DNA of 62,153 nucleotides, filler included, from Choristocarpus tenellus KU-1152 (taxonomy: Eukaryota; Protista; Phaeophyceae): the NCBI GenBank assembly GCA_964200185.2. It is 10 parts of 10 records of this genome, joined end to end, with 100 filler letters (N's around TTAATTAATTAA, not from the genome) between each part and the next. Parts side by side here need not be neighbours in the genome. Positions count along the whole stretch, not along the records: positions 34,738 to 41,065 come from CAXNAD020008377.1; positions 41,166 to 49,642 come from CAXNAD020004667.1; positions 49,743 to 56,372 come from CAXNAD020007709.1; 7 more parts are not named here. The stretch is one strand, 5' to 3'. Positions 37,011-50,859 of the stretch are shown here, piece by piece. The translations under genes were made by a program, and so were the position numbers. The notes beneath the pieces are model-generated. The model worked only from the letters and a program-made list of their open reading frames with translations, ran no database searches and was not told where the DNA came from. Positions within the stretch are counted from its first letter, which is position 1; the number at the start of each line of letters is the position of its first letter.

Positions 37011-38924
37011 GAATAACATTCCAAGGAAGCTACGATAAGAAAATGCCAAAATGCAGCACCTAATGTCACCCAACCCACCACACCACTACCACCACCACCG
37101 TCTGTTGAATACTGTTTTTTTTTGTGGGTTAATTCTCGTACATCCTTTGTTCGTTTTCTTTCTTCTCTCCCTCTTCACTTTTTTGTGTTAATGGTGTTTT
37201 TCTCCTGTAGGTTCTATTCTTCCGGTTTATTTCTTTTCTTCCACTGGTTTGTTTTCTTTTATAACGTTTGTTGCCTTTTCTCAAGAAGTGTATATTGCCT
37301 TCCTTGGACTGGTTTTGTGACCACGAGTCTGAGATCCCTCACATACATGTCATGATATTATGTAAAACGAAAAAACATAATCAGTTCCAAAACTTTTGCT
37401 CTGAATATAAAAAGTACAAAGTACTATATAGTATCATATAAATATAGTTGCCTCATTTTCATTTCTGTATAGCACATTTACAGTCAGTGTAACGCTAAAC
37501 GATGTGGTTACCATAAGTGCACATCCCAGTGCAGTACAGTTAAGCTACAGTTAAGCTACAGTCACGGTTACTGAAGGACCCAACAGTAGTATGGTTATTG
37601 TGGAATACTATCTGATAGAGTACGGTAGGGTGAATAGCAGCCACGGTCACCATGGTACGGTTGGGGAATTCTGACGGCTATGCACGGTTTTCCAGTATGT
37701 CCATGGTTGCCAAAGGTGCAGTTGTAGATTTCTGGAAGCAGGGGGTTGGAGTGTAGACCTAATATCCATATTTTCCTCAACCTTAAACATTATAGTAAAA
37801 CAACTGCAGCTGATACCACGATCAAAATAACAGTGTAGATCTTGATATTATCTTTATATATATTTTTTGTCTTCAATACAATCTGGAGAATATCCCAAAA
37901 CAAGTGGTCAGAAGGATTACCACACTGTACAATTAAGGTGATATCTCAGTATTACTCTGAACATTTTACTTCTCATACTATTAGTGCAATACTGAAAACT
38001 CTTACCACCATTCAGTACAATAGTGATTATCTGTACACTAATTGAAACTTTCCTCCCACAGGACAAATCAGAGCGGGGAGTGCGGTCGCAATGAGGTACC
38101 TTGTGAAGACAAGGCCCTGTTGGGATATTTCAATGTCATGTCACCATTCTGTCAACCACAGCTCTCTCTTGGGCCAAAACAGAGAGGTTTTCCATGTGGT
38201 ATTTGATTCAATTTGATAAGAGAACGTGACCTGCTACGATGAATTGACACCTTTGTCCAAGATACGACTTTATCCTCCCATCCTTGCAAAAAACAATTCG
38301 GGGTACACATCGTTGCAGTAGTTCCAATAACATACACACTTTTGAGATTTGACAGCGCACGTGACAATCTGTGTCACACTCGCTAAAAAAATGACGTTTC
38401 AGAGCATCTACTTGGATGCTGTCTGATACAGATTGTTGTTTCGCCCTTACTAAAAACTATACTGAATGGTGTTGTTAGTATGATCTCTTCCACTACCACT
38501 ATAATAACAACAACACTAATGTAATGGACATGTCCCATTGGGAGCTGATCTCAGTCCAATCCACATCTGCACGCACACATAAGTGTATTGCCTACACGTA
38601 TCTTTGTCATTGGTGACATTTCCATCAACATCACACACAGATAAGTCCTAAGAATTCTCAGACCGCGTGCTGTTGATGGTCACAAGGATGTAATATTACC
38701 CACCAGATCCAAGATTCAATTCAAACTTGTCCTAAGATTTGATGGCTTAGAGAGCTTTGGGTTTGCTGAAAGCACCCCACCTTAACACAACTAGTGGCTC
38801 TAAAGCACCCCCCACAACTGATTGGACTCTGCTCATGACAGTACTCACACGGAGGCTCTTAGGGGATTGATCGACCAAAGACAAAAAGAAGAGAGACAAG
38901 AACGATAAAGGTAAAGCGAAAAAC

Positions 38925-40745
38925 ACTGGTCCAAACGAGCCAGAGCATATTCCAAGACGGGCATCTGGGGGAAGTGTTACAGGCGAATGGCGCGAGCATT
39001 TATTTCTGCGTGCCAAAATGCGCGAACAGTATACATACGTAAGAATTCGTGTAAGAGGAACTTTGAATTGGTAGAAGATGCAGAGTAAGATATGAAATGC
39101 AAACATAATCTTACTGAATAGATGTCAATTCCTGAAAGTTGCAGAATAAATATTTATGATTGAAGTATCTACACAGCAGTTTGCAGGCTTCATTTAACTC
39201 TTTGGTTGTAGAAAAATGGTGAATGATGTTAATAAAAGGCTGAGTGCCGATGACCACACACTCAGTTCTTTGAATCTTACCTCTTTTGATAAAGCGAAAA
39301 GCGAGACATTGAGCTAAGCATCAACTGACACCGTATGTGGTCATCATCTGTGGACCCCCGCGTAGCGTCATTTTAAGGTCGTTGGATTTGAACTGCATAT
39401 CCTGTGGAGGTGAGTTCTGAGGGGCACGCTGTAACATGGAGGCCCAACCGAGACTTCCACCCTATAACAGAAGCACTGGTATTCCATCAACCAAACTGGT
39501 TGATGGTGTCCTAGTAGGCTCGCTTGAGCAAGATGGGATGGTGGGGGTTCAACCCAGGGACAGGTCCCCCCTCAGTACAGTAACTCCATCTAGCGACCGG
39601 TTCGCGGTCCTGGAGGAGAGCTGTGAGTCCGATGAACCGACCCTCCACTTACGTCCCTCAGGAAGAATGCAATGGAGAAAATTCTCCTGTACTTAAACTC
39701 TGGCTGACTTCTGGTGTCCTCACACCAATGCCTAAGTGGTGAGTAGATAAGTTTGATCAATGCTGAAATAGCTAGCCGCCCCCACACATTTTTAACCACC
39801 TCTCAACTAAGGACCTAACTACAACCACATTATTTGAATTGGACAAGGATGGTAGATAATATGTTGCTGTCCCAGATCTGCTATTGGTATTCTCACAATA
39901 CCAGTCAAGAATTTGTTTGTGGCTTCCTGAGCTGAGTTAACCACTCCCAACACTCGTCACTCCTCCTCTCTCGAATATTCTGCTAGACCTACCTTAATGT
40001 TGCCGCCTCGATGTTGGCTCGGCGTTGTTGTGGTATAGGGACAGATATTGGACAGTTGAAACAAGATTTCCGTGAAAATAAGTCTACCGTTGATGGGGTT
40101 TGAACCCACGAGATTCACCCTGGGAACAACTGACTGAAGAGTAACAGGTACTACATTTTAGTTTCTTAGTATGTCAAAAAACAACATTTTGTGGGTATGG
40201 TGCGCAGCGACATAGATTTGCGCTCGCCAACCATGCCCTTGAACTTACGTATCGACCATTGGACAAAATCAGACATACCATAAGTTCCAGATTTGACCAA
40301 ACAGTCCGAAGGACTATCAGAACAAAGATCCATTCCGATACTGACTGAACCACTCTGTCATTCTGTGACATCTGTTGTGGAGCTAGCTCGCAGTGGCACA
40401 GGAGGGAGAGGCCACCTCAGGGTGGTGTACCACTAAGGTTTCTGTTATGTTCTGAATTTCCTCAACTGACGCTGGGAAGACCACTGGTCCAAGCAAGCCG
40501 GAGCATATCCCAAGCCTGGACATGAGGGGGAAGAACTGATATCCCATCAATTAGTTTGGTTGATAGCGTCCTAGGATGCTCGCTTGAGCAAGATAGTGAT
40601 GGTTCAACTCAGGGACATGTCCCCCTGCACTACGATACCTCCATCTAGCAACTGGTTCGCAGTCCTGAAGGAGAGCTCCGAGTCTGAAGAACAAACACCA
40701 AGCAAGTCCCTCAGGAAGGATACAGTGGAGAAAATTCGTGTGCAA
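38925..40745 (+). repeat. Diverged direct duplication of an unclassified element
   Basis: 38925-38975 matches 40481-40535, and 39507-39690 matches 40568-40740 (gctcgcttgagcaagat...ccatctagc...ggttcgc.gtcctg.aggagagct...tggagaaaattc). Confidence 0.75.
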
Positions 40746-41375
40746 TTAACCTTGGAAGGTATCACTATTTGATCAGTAGTGAAGACAAAAAGGTGTGGAG
40801 CCTCGCACGATTCCCCATTGCTGAATATGTTTACATGGTTGAAAAGAAGAGTGGCCTTGTGGGATGTCTTCTTATTGCTTTTATATTATTATTCGTGGCT
40901 CAGATGTAAGTTAACAGTTATGCCGGAGAATTTTAATTGCAATACCAAACCCCATATATAATCCAGATGTACTATCTCATTAGTTACATCACATGGACTC
41001 AAGCCTCAAAGTATCTGGGGGGGGGGGTGGCGGCTGTCCATTTGGGGTCAATTTTTTCATGTCGCNNNNNNNNNNNNNNNNNNNNNNNNNNNNNNNNNNN
41101 NNNNNNNNNTTAATTAATTAANNNNNNNNNNNNNNNNNNNNNNNNNNNNNNNNNNNNNNNNNNNNGGTGTAGACCCCCCCCCCCCTCCCAGATACTTTGG
41201 GTCAACAACATTGGTGCGATATTTTGTATGCTTGATACGTCAAATCAAGTATCAAGAAAATTTCTACCTTTTTGATATGATACATAAGAAAACTATTTTG
41301 ATATTTGGATTGAGACCCATGACATGGTGTAAGGAAGAATCTCTTCATGTTGTGCTCTCAATAATGTTCCATATA

Positions 41376-43668
41376 TGTGGAAAGCATGTTTGCCAGTTGT
41401 TATACCGTTATTGCCGTATGTCATATACCATTATATCGTGGTACCGATTGAAGTTCCCAGTCAAGAGTCCATGATTTCACGGAGAGACTTTCTGTCAGGA
41501 TGTCACACATGGTAGATCCACTTTATTCTCACGTCTTGACTGATGATGAAGCCCCACCTTTGATGGTGCTCATCACTCCTAAGTTTGCACATGTCCAACC
41601 TTAACCTTGTACCCTCGTTTACGGTTCGTCTTTGTTCGTGTGGTCCATCTTGCCCGGTGATTCTCTTCACCCCCCTTGCCTGAGTGAACCACGCCACCAC
41701 AGAATTACACGATTCACATTGGCGACACCGGTGTCCTCAGAAATAGGGTGACGGGGAATTTCTGTTTGACCACAGACGAAAGATGGCGAACTCACAATCG
41801 AGGCGAAGAAGTCGGGCACAAGAGTGCAGAACTCCAGATCTGGCGCCATCAAGAGCACCAGAAGAAGAAGCCCAAGACCACGAGTCCATGGAAGACATGG
41901 AGTCTTCCACCCACCTTGATTCTGACGTGTCTATTATCGACTCCACGTCATCCAGTACTACAACACTTGCCAAACGTAGACGTGGATCCCCCCCTTCCCC
42001 TCTTACAGATAGGCGGGTGAATATCAGACCTGTGTCGTCAACCCTTGAGCATCGTGTTAGCTCAGGCGACTGTGACACTCATTGGGTCTTGTTTCAAGAA
42101 CTGGTCCCACCCCCAAGTTCTTCTACTTTTGAGGTGGCCATTTTGCAGGCAAAGTTCGGTGATGCTGTACCAGCGTTCATCGCGCACCATGTCAACGAGT
42201 GTGCAAGAACGAGTACCGTGCCTCCTGAATGGCTTCAGGACCTGATGAAACTTCAAGTTTGGGGAACGGCTCCGATCACGTAAGATCCCTTCAACAGAGT
42301 AGCGACGTCGCACACCCACCACCACTGTCAGAAGGGAGTCGTTTCAGGTTTCAGGTTTCAGGTTTTCCGCTTCGGAAATACCATTGGGTCTAGTAATTAC
42401 AGGTTCTGGAGAAGAGAATTTACCACTCTTGTTCTCTAAATGGCACATTATATATTAGCACGTGTATGCTAAAGGTGGCTGTTCATTACATCATATCACG
42501 CTTTCATGAAATAGATTTATTGATCATCATGAAATCACTAATCCCATCCTAAAACAAAAAAAAAGAAGAGAAGATTCAAGTCTACCGCCAGGTAAGAGAT
42601 GGAGACTTCAGGTGAGCCATATATGTTACTCATTTATTTTATTTTTTTCTTGTAGAATGATCCCCCTGACATGATGTAATGACCATACAGCCACCTCGTA
42701 TCGTTTTAGGAGAGTTGAGTCACCAACATCGTATGTTTGTCCAAATTGTCCACTTGGAATTTTGTTGTTGTGAACAATATTTCCAATCGAAGTCAGAATC
42801 GAGGAAGGAGAATGAGTGTACACATTTGATCTCGTCATTTGCTGTGTTGATTTGATCATGTAACACGCGATGTTTTCACACATTGGAGTGGTGATCAAAT
42901 CATCGTGTAACACCCGTAGCAATGTTGAATCACAAACACTAGTCAAATCGTTTTGTTGACATCGTGTATAGTGTTTGCTCCTCGTCTCCCCATTCTAAGT
43001 GTATCCTCTGTTTTATACAAGATACTAGAGACCTATATGCTGGCCACATATACCTCTCACCTCGTCTTTAAGCTGATTGATATGCTAATCCCAAACTCTC
43101 AGACCTCATAAGCTTGATTGGTGTGCTGACCACACACCATCAACCAGATCAGATATACATAGTTAGCCTCGTTTATATTGTATACTTCATTTCGTGTTAA
43201 TGGAGTCGTGTAATACAATGGTACAAAGTATACTAACAACCACACGTTTCCCATTTCGCTCCCAGAGCCACTTTTTGGTTGACCTTGAATCAGGTTTTAC
43301 ATGACTACAAGGCCGATCAGAGGATGGGGTGATGTGGAAAGTATGTTTGCCTGATGTTATACCGTTATTGCCGTATGTTATATCGTGGTATCGATTGAAG
43401 TTCCCAGTCAAGAGTCCATGATTTCACGGACAGACTTTCTGTCAGAATGTCACACATGGAAGATCCACTTTATTCTCATGTCTTGGCTGGTGGTGATGAA
43501 GCCCCACCTTTGATGGTGCTCATTACTCCTTAGTTTGCACTTGTTCAACCCTAACCTCGTATCCTCGGTTGCGGTTCGTCTTTGTTCGTGTGGTCCATCT
43601 TGCCCGGTGATTCTCTTCACCCCCCTTGCCTGAGTGAACCACGCCGCCACAGAATCACACGATTCACA
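41376..43668 (+). mobile_element. Complete but internally deleted (non-autonomous) LTR retroelement, ~2.3 kb
   Basis: Two ~340-bp direct repeats with TG...CA ends (41376-41718 and 43333-43668). A PBS-like TGGCGACACCGG lies at 41720 and a purine tract AGAGGATGGGG precedes the 3' LTR. A 166-aa gag-N-like ORF lies at 41783-42283, and no RT motif was seen. Confidence 0.85.
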
Positions 43669-46600
43669 TACATATATATATATATTGTAGTCACGAGGGA
43701 GGAAATCTTTCACATGATCTCCACATAACAGGAACTCAAAGACAGTCCATGACTCACCTCGATTCACACCGCACAATTCAAGCAACCTCGGGCGCAACAT
43801 GCTGATACTTGTGATACATCTGTAATGCATCCCTTCAATTATCAGCTTACCTTTAAGGCAGAGAGGAACATGTTTGTCCCTTTTGGTTGAGGGGTATTCT
43901 CACAAGTTGCAGAACTACAATTACAATGAGATTCTAGAGGGCTAAGATGTAAGGATTTTCGAAGGTCTAAGTTGCCCACGTATGGCACATGTCTAATACA
44001 ATACAATTGTGCCATGTTGCAATCATTTATCTCACATACACATACATGCTGTCCACAACCACTTACCGCTGGTAAGCTGACCTAGCCTCATGAATTGTCC
44101 ACCTACACACAGTGAACTACCACAGGTACACAAGAACGGCTGATGCTGACGACATGTCCGCAGGAATATACACAGTTTCATCAGAGGCACGATTCTCGTC
44201 CCAAACCTGGAGCTTCAATTCGAACTGAAAGTCCAATTCTTGAGCAACACACGTAGTCTGCACCGTGTGGACGCACGTGGTGGTTTGTTGATGTGTCACT
44301 GCATGCGGGTACTTTCCAGGGTACTACAAAAATAGTTGAACTAGGCAAGGGTGCATTGGTAAGGGTCTGTTGACCTGGCGCACATTACAGTAGTCATGCT
44401 GCTGTATAACTTACCACAAAAAAAAACGTTTGATGTGTCAAGTACCAAGCACGTTTCCCAAAGGCTCAGAACGCCACAGATACATTTCTCACAGTCAATA
44501 TATATACATATATTGGAGTGGATATAATGCAATTAGTCACTGCTCACCTAAACTCTATGTTCAGCCAAAATACGTTGGATATTGCAGGTAAGCACTCAGA
44601 CAAACAACACACTGAGTCACATTCTCTACAGAAGAATACGATGAAGTGCCAAAAAAAAAATGATGAAAGACCCAAAATGGATCCATGTCCAGACTCTCTC
44701 TCTGTACTGGTACAACTTGGCACACAAAATCTTCATTCACCACTTTCCATATTCGCACAGTATACAGTCACAGTAGAAAATCAAAATAACTGAAAAAAAT
44801 CGGGGGGAGTCTGAGGAAAAGACATACATTGGTCGAGCAAAATCAATTGAAAGGTAGGCAGGTTTGGACCCTTTTGCATTCTACACGATCCGTGCTTTCT
44901 CACCCTGTGCAATACACTCTTATTCATTGATTTGTCCCCACAATAGTGTATTTGCAGAATTGGTATTCCCCCTTTCCACAAACAAAGTCGCATCAAAATT
45001 AAGCAAAGGGTCTTCATGGAGTTGCACAAAATGGTGTATTTTTACCCTTTATCAGGATCCTTAAAATGAAACCCTGCCTACCCCTCAATTGGTTGGCTCG
45101 GTTGCAAATCACAAATGCAACACGAAGAACATTCTATCCTTTGCGCCAACAATGGTGATACCATCCTCAAATATATACTTCAGAGCGAGGGAGAGAGGGA
45201 GAGATTTTATTGTCTAGACAAAACCTTGTACAGTAGCAGTAGTTGTAGTAGTTTTGTTTGAAATAGTCTCCAAGCTATTATTGACATCCCAACCACATCA
45301 AGCACACAGCAAGAAATCCAAAAGGGCTTCTGAGCCCCCGTCAAATATTGACTCCCCCCCAACCAGTGATGGGGCAGGGCGAATCCTCCCAAATATTGGC
45401 TGAACCGCCCAACTTTTTGGTGGTTCGCTACCTTCAGTCCCAGTCCCGGATCCGTCATAAGGCATGTCATCGATAGCATCGAAGGCATAGGCCAGAATTG
45501 AGGGCACAACATCAGCTGCAGAAGCACCACCAATACACATGCTCTCAGCCATGGTCACAACTACAGTCATTGCCTGTTGAGAAAAAAAAACGAATGTCAT
45601 TATGTTGAAGGTGAAAAGAGCAATGGAAACGGTAAGAGGGGCAATACGTAGTTGTTCAACTTTGTAAAAATGACATACGTGAATATATACAAACTCTAAA
45701 GGAGGAACTGCAAGGCGTTTTCTAGTGAAACTAATTTGAGGGCAATCTGATTCAGCATCTACACAAGATGGAAACACTTCTCCAGCAGTGAAACCAAAAA
45801 GTGGAAACAGAAAAATTGGCTGCACCTCCACCTTTCCAGCCGCCTTTCCATTCCAACCATGACAAAAAGTGCACAGAAGCGGGGGGCCTTCCATACTCCC
45901 AGGTTACGTGTTAATCAGTGTAGGTAGAGACAGCACATACACTTACACATATTGTGTATTCATCCACATGAACAAACAAAAAGATGCCATGAACACGCAA
46001 GCATCTCTACACACATGAGCTGGCACTGCCATCATCTTCACCACAGCCCGCGCCCAATAGGGTACCAGTTTAGGGTGGAGGCGTCCATCTCTCCCCAGAC
46101 GTGCCTGAAATGTGATCAGAGGTTAAAGAGATGGAGATCAGAGGAGTTTCAGTATTCAGGTGTGTGGTTAGGTGCGATTTAGTGTTCAGACTTAGGTGGT
46201 GCTGAGCATATGCGTCGGATGAGATTGATTTGCGCACTGTTGATGGACTCAATGGCGATTTACTATTGTGTTCCGAAGTGCTGGCAATGAACACAGTGTG
46301 GCGAGTGCAAGGGGAGTCATGCTGTATGCATTGTTCCAGAAAGTGCTGCCTGTTGGGTCTACACCTCACCAGTGAGAATGTGGGAAAAAACGACAAAATA
46401 TTGCTCTTTTGTTCGCTACTCATGAAACTCTTTGACATATAGCACCAGGTCAACAATACTACCATCATATGCTCTATCTAACCAAATATAGCCACTCTCA
46501 GAGTGTTGTAACCAAAGCTATTCAGAGTCTGGGGCCAGCGTAGGTTGAGGGCTACAAAATACAAGCACAGGTGGGAGTAGTGGACCGTGCGCTTCCTTCA

Positions 46601-46975
46601 ACAAAGCTAGTACAATGAAGATTATCCGGGTCACTTGATTTTCCTATCTGGAAATAGTGTAGCTTCTGGGGAAGTGCCTGAGGGAAATACCTGGATGGCC
46701 ATGAAGATTTTGTCACCGACCTCCAGTCCAGGTGATGATGCCCTGATGATTCTTTGTGGAGTGTATACTTGCTGCAAGTTAGCAATGAAATGCGTGTGTC
46801 AAAGCAGGAAGGGGAAATGTCAGAAGGCACACTAGAGCTACAGCACTAGGAGATTAAAAAAAGTACCTTAGAGAACAGTTACCTCCAACACCACACAGTC
46901 CTTGTGGAATTCTGGAAATTTCGCAATGAACTTGCTGGGTTGCTTGAGGACTCTAACTAGGACCCTATGTATGAA

Positions 46976-47233
46976 GAGTGAAAGTATCTCAGAAGGTAGG
47001 AATTTTGCCCTGTTTGTCCATTTGGGGCGCGGCATCCCACAGGTTCTTTATGACAATTTACCTACTCCGAAATGTTTCGAAGTAGGTAAAATGTTAATGT
47101 TATGAAAAGGTGTGCCTGGAACAAGGATATTGACACTTCCTAACAAAAACAATAGCCAAAATTACATAAAATTTTCAACATTGGATTTTGGTCGCCAAAC
47201 TGACGCGGGTCTACCTCCAAGATACTTTGGTTC
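46976..47233. mobile_element. MITE family A copy
   Basis: GAGTGAAAGTATCT...AGATACTTTGGTTC, with flanks TGAA/TAAA. Confidence 0.85.
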
Positions 47234-48771
47234 TAAAGATCAGTTCATTGGTAAAAATCGCCCTGGTTGGTTTGCCAAACCTGCACTTCAAAGCCGGACT
47301 TGCCGGGAAATGTTTCCTTCAAAGTACTACAGTACTTCGAAGTAAATTACATAGCTGTACTCTCCTCATGCTCACTTCCTCATGAAGTAGACCTAAAACT
47401 GCCCCTGCCCCTCCAATACACAATTCCACATTGGCACACTCAGTCCACTCTCTCCGTATCGCTTCGACATCAAAATGCTCTCAAGCAGGAGTGTAATATT
47501 CTTACAATCTCTGCAATTGGGAACTTACCTTAACTCACACTCCCGCCTCCTATACAGGGTACATTCTTTTTATTTTTCAACATCCCCATAAATTTCCCAT
47601 TCTCAGAAAGATCAGGGCACAAGAGAATTCGTTCAAATACAATAACCGCATGCTCACACCAACACCCACATGACTGCAACGTGAGATGGACACAGAGGCC
47701 ACCTTCATTACAATCCTCCTCTTAAATTGCTTTAGACCTGTATCCTGCCAAGGCAACCTTCCACACACTCTCTCTAACTGTACCTCCCTCTTGTCTCGTT
47801 GCCCACGGCACAGCTCTCTCCACACCCAGGTCGGCACAAGACCCATCCAATCCACATTCTGCCACAGCCCAGGAGGTACACCATCCCTTCTCCCAGAGGG
47901 CACCTTTGTGAGCTGCTGGTAAAAGTAGTAAGATCGATATATGGTGTACTCACGATCTAACAAATGAGCTAGCAGACTCCTTGCTGACTTGGTTATATAT
48001 AGATGAGAAAACCATGGGAACAAGAGGAAAATGCCAGTGCGCGAATTGGTTAAGGAGATTAAGGTGAACGGGTGTACTGTATTGCCCTGGAGCATGAACC
48101 GTGGCTAGTTGGTGGGGTGAAAGAATGAAATTTGCCCTCGCCACACGGAACATTTTGTGGAAATTTATTACAATTGAAGCGTTTGCATATTAGGGGTTGT
48201 GGACAAGGAACTCATCTTATTGCATTGACCACATTTTCTCCACCGCTCCCCACAGAGCACCCAGAGCCAGGTGAATGCATGGATGTTGTGCTAACAGGTG
48301 TGAGTGCCCACCACCTCCGTGTATTGAAGGAGACAATAACCCAAAGTTCAAACATTGAACGCCTCAAACATATGTTGTGAGGATGACATTTCTCAACGAA
48401 TGAAAAATGTGTGTATCCCCACTTCTGGTGAATGCCTGCTCCGACAGCTGTACTAATTACCATCACAGCTCATTCCTAATCCCTGGCAGTATCCTCCCTC
48501 TTCCTCCCCACTCCTGCAATGGGTGTGTTCTATGAAGGAGATAGGTGGTAAACATTCAAAGAAGTTTACCTTCTTTGATATCACTAAGGCATAGGAAAAA
48601 CAACCAAGAGAGTCGAGTCAGAACACCACCACCCGAGGTGGATATGACCTCACATAATTAGGACCTCAACACCACCACAACCTCCTCAGCCTTAGTTCTC
48701 ACCTTCATATCCAGAGGAGGGGTGCCCTCTCCCAGTATCTCAGAAGGGCGGTCCAGGGCCTGTTAACATAT

Positions 48772-49600
48772 TCAGGAAAATATACTCAGGTGGGCATAGG
48801 CCAGGCCAAGGTCGAAGAGTCGGGGTTGGTGACATAATATACCACCACCAGGGAGGCGTGTGTAGACCTCCATGTTAAAGTCTACCAACGTCAGGCTACC
48901 ACAGCAGTGCAATTCAACTTCTGACCAGGACATAAACTGGATCTTGTCCATCCAAGTTACACTCTTCCATTGCAGGACCATGGTGACAAGGCACATCCTT
49001 CCCACCTGAGAAATTTCAGGGGTTCACCTGCACAATCCGTAACGGGGAGATGGACCCCACCCTGAGCAGGTGGAGGAGGCTCCCGTTGAATCCTACTCCA
49101 TTCAGCTCCTCTAGAAATTCGTGCCGTTTCCTCTCCTACATTGCATGCACAAATCAGGGCAGGGAGGACAGCAAAGCAGAGGGGGAGAGGGGGGAGATGG
49201 CAAGGGGTAAGAAGGGTATCCACAACATCCAGCTTCCTTGGGCTACGAGACAAGCCTAACCCTAACCCCAACCCCGAGAGCATGTATTTAACAAATGAAG
49301 CGCCCTGGAATACACTCCGGGACTTTAATAGCATGAAGTTAACACTTTCTTATCCAGGCAAGGCGTGCCAAAACTGTCTATATCTGTCCCTCCATAGTGT
49401 GAGGTATTGCCAAGAGAACACTGACGTGCTGAACCTGAATAACAAACACAACAGCAAAATCGTTTTAACCTGCTGTCCCTCTGGATCCTGGGCATGCTTC
49501 TCCAAGACGGCAGAGGAGGCTCTCTGCAAGGTATCCTTCAATGAGGCTTCAGCAGTCTTCTCGCCACCCCCACACAGGGCAATGAGGTCCTGGCATGAAC
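48772..49600 (-). CDS. Possible exons of an unidentified host gene fragment
   Basis: AEASLKDTLQRASSAVLEKHAQDPEGQQ ends at a donor (|gttaaa, ~49469), and an acceptor tttctcag| near 49006 opens a 77-codon frame. No family recognised. Confidence 0.25.
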
Positions 49601-49965
49601 AAAGAAAAAAAAAAGACAATAGAAAAATCGATAAACAGGCGTNNNNNNNNNNNNNNNNNNNNNNNNNNNNNNNNNNNNNNNNNNNNTTAATTAATTAANN
49701 NNNNNNNNNNNNNNNNNNNNNNNNNNNNNNNNNNNNNNNNNNTTATGTTTAGGACATTTTATATACACACATATGTATATAGTTTTCAAATACATCTTTT
49801 CATCGTATTAACGACACTTTCCTCTTAACGACCGAGAGATATAATGACCTCAACTTTCATTCTTTCTTGTCTTTACACAAGTGGGCAATAATTTCAAATG
49901 TTGCGATTTTTATTACAGTGTAATAAATTTTTCTGAAATATATATATATTTCCCTTACATCAGAA

Positions 49966-50000
<35 letters not shown>

Positions 50001-50617
50001 ATAATAATAATGATACCTTAATAGTAAGTACTACCCCTGTGCCATAAGTTTGTGCCGCGAAACATCTTGGCTCGTCGAGAGAGAACGGTGTCCAATCGGA
50101 TGATAACCCCACACAGAATGAAATAGGGTTGACAATCTCAGCATTCAGAAAAAAGGTGAGGGTCGAAAATCATCGGTTACAAAAACTTGAGGTGCTTCAA
50201 GCCGTCGAAGTAGGGGTCTTTTGGGGTGATTTTCAGGGTCAGAACTGGGCACGTCAAGGGTCAGGACGTCGGCATGACAATCCCTCCCGTCGACCCCTCC
50301 CCCCACGTGTAGGAAAGGTTGCCCAAGTGTCCCTGAATACCAGGGTTATACTTGCGGTGCAGCACACCCTTGCGATGGTCCCCGGTGAGCATAAACATCA
50401 ACTGCCGCAACACGTTGGGCCAGCCCTCGCAGTGGACTTTGGAGTGTCACTGATAAGCTCACTAGCGTACATATACATGTGAGGGTTTCTGGGAGGACGT
50501 CACCGATCAGCTCACTAGCGGTCACACGCTTGGCCTAGGGCGNNNNNNNNNNCAACGAGGAAAAAAATGCGTGGGGGGGGTGGGGGGGGGCCCCCCCAGC
50601 CCGCCCCCCGGGGGGGC

Positions 50618-50658
<41 letters not shown>

Positions 50659-50859
50659 CGGGATGTGGTGGGCAGCCTTCGGAGCTCGCACCGACCAAGA
50701 TGGCGGCAATACATAGTATCAATACCTATAGTATCAACTCCGATAGTCAGTCATCCACAGTGTGTCAGGTGACGATGAAGATGGCCGCCAAGGGGCTGTA
50801 ATATAGCACAAGCACCATAAGCAGGGGGTTGGATGAGGATATGGGGGCCATGCCGAATC

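Noticed and set aside
38152-38367. PIF1/Helitron helicase motif VI (LSRALSNLKSVYVIG)
   Set aside because: A single weak motif with no other helicase or Rep motifs found nearby.
40085-40145. tRNA gene (minus strand CGTGGGTTCAAACCCCA T-arm); similar B-box near 24610
   Set aside because: Only a T-loop/B-box is present, with no D-arm or acceptor stem. At most this is a tRNA-derived SINE relic.
44800-48400. DIRS/tyrosine-recombinase retroelement remnant
   Set aside because: Only vague resemblances (LSPSTVRKSISS, DNLHCTSFVEGS, VHAPGQY) and no convincing RT or YR catalytic motif.
50515-50801. Poly-Pro/poly-Gly ORFs
   Set aside because: They come from a low-quality G/C homopolymer stretch next to a 10-N gap.
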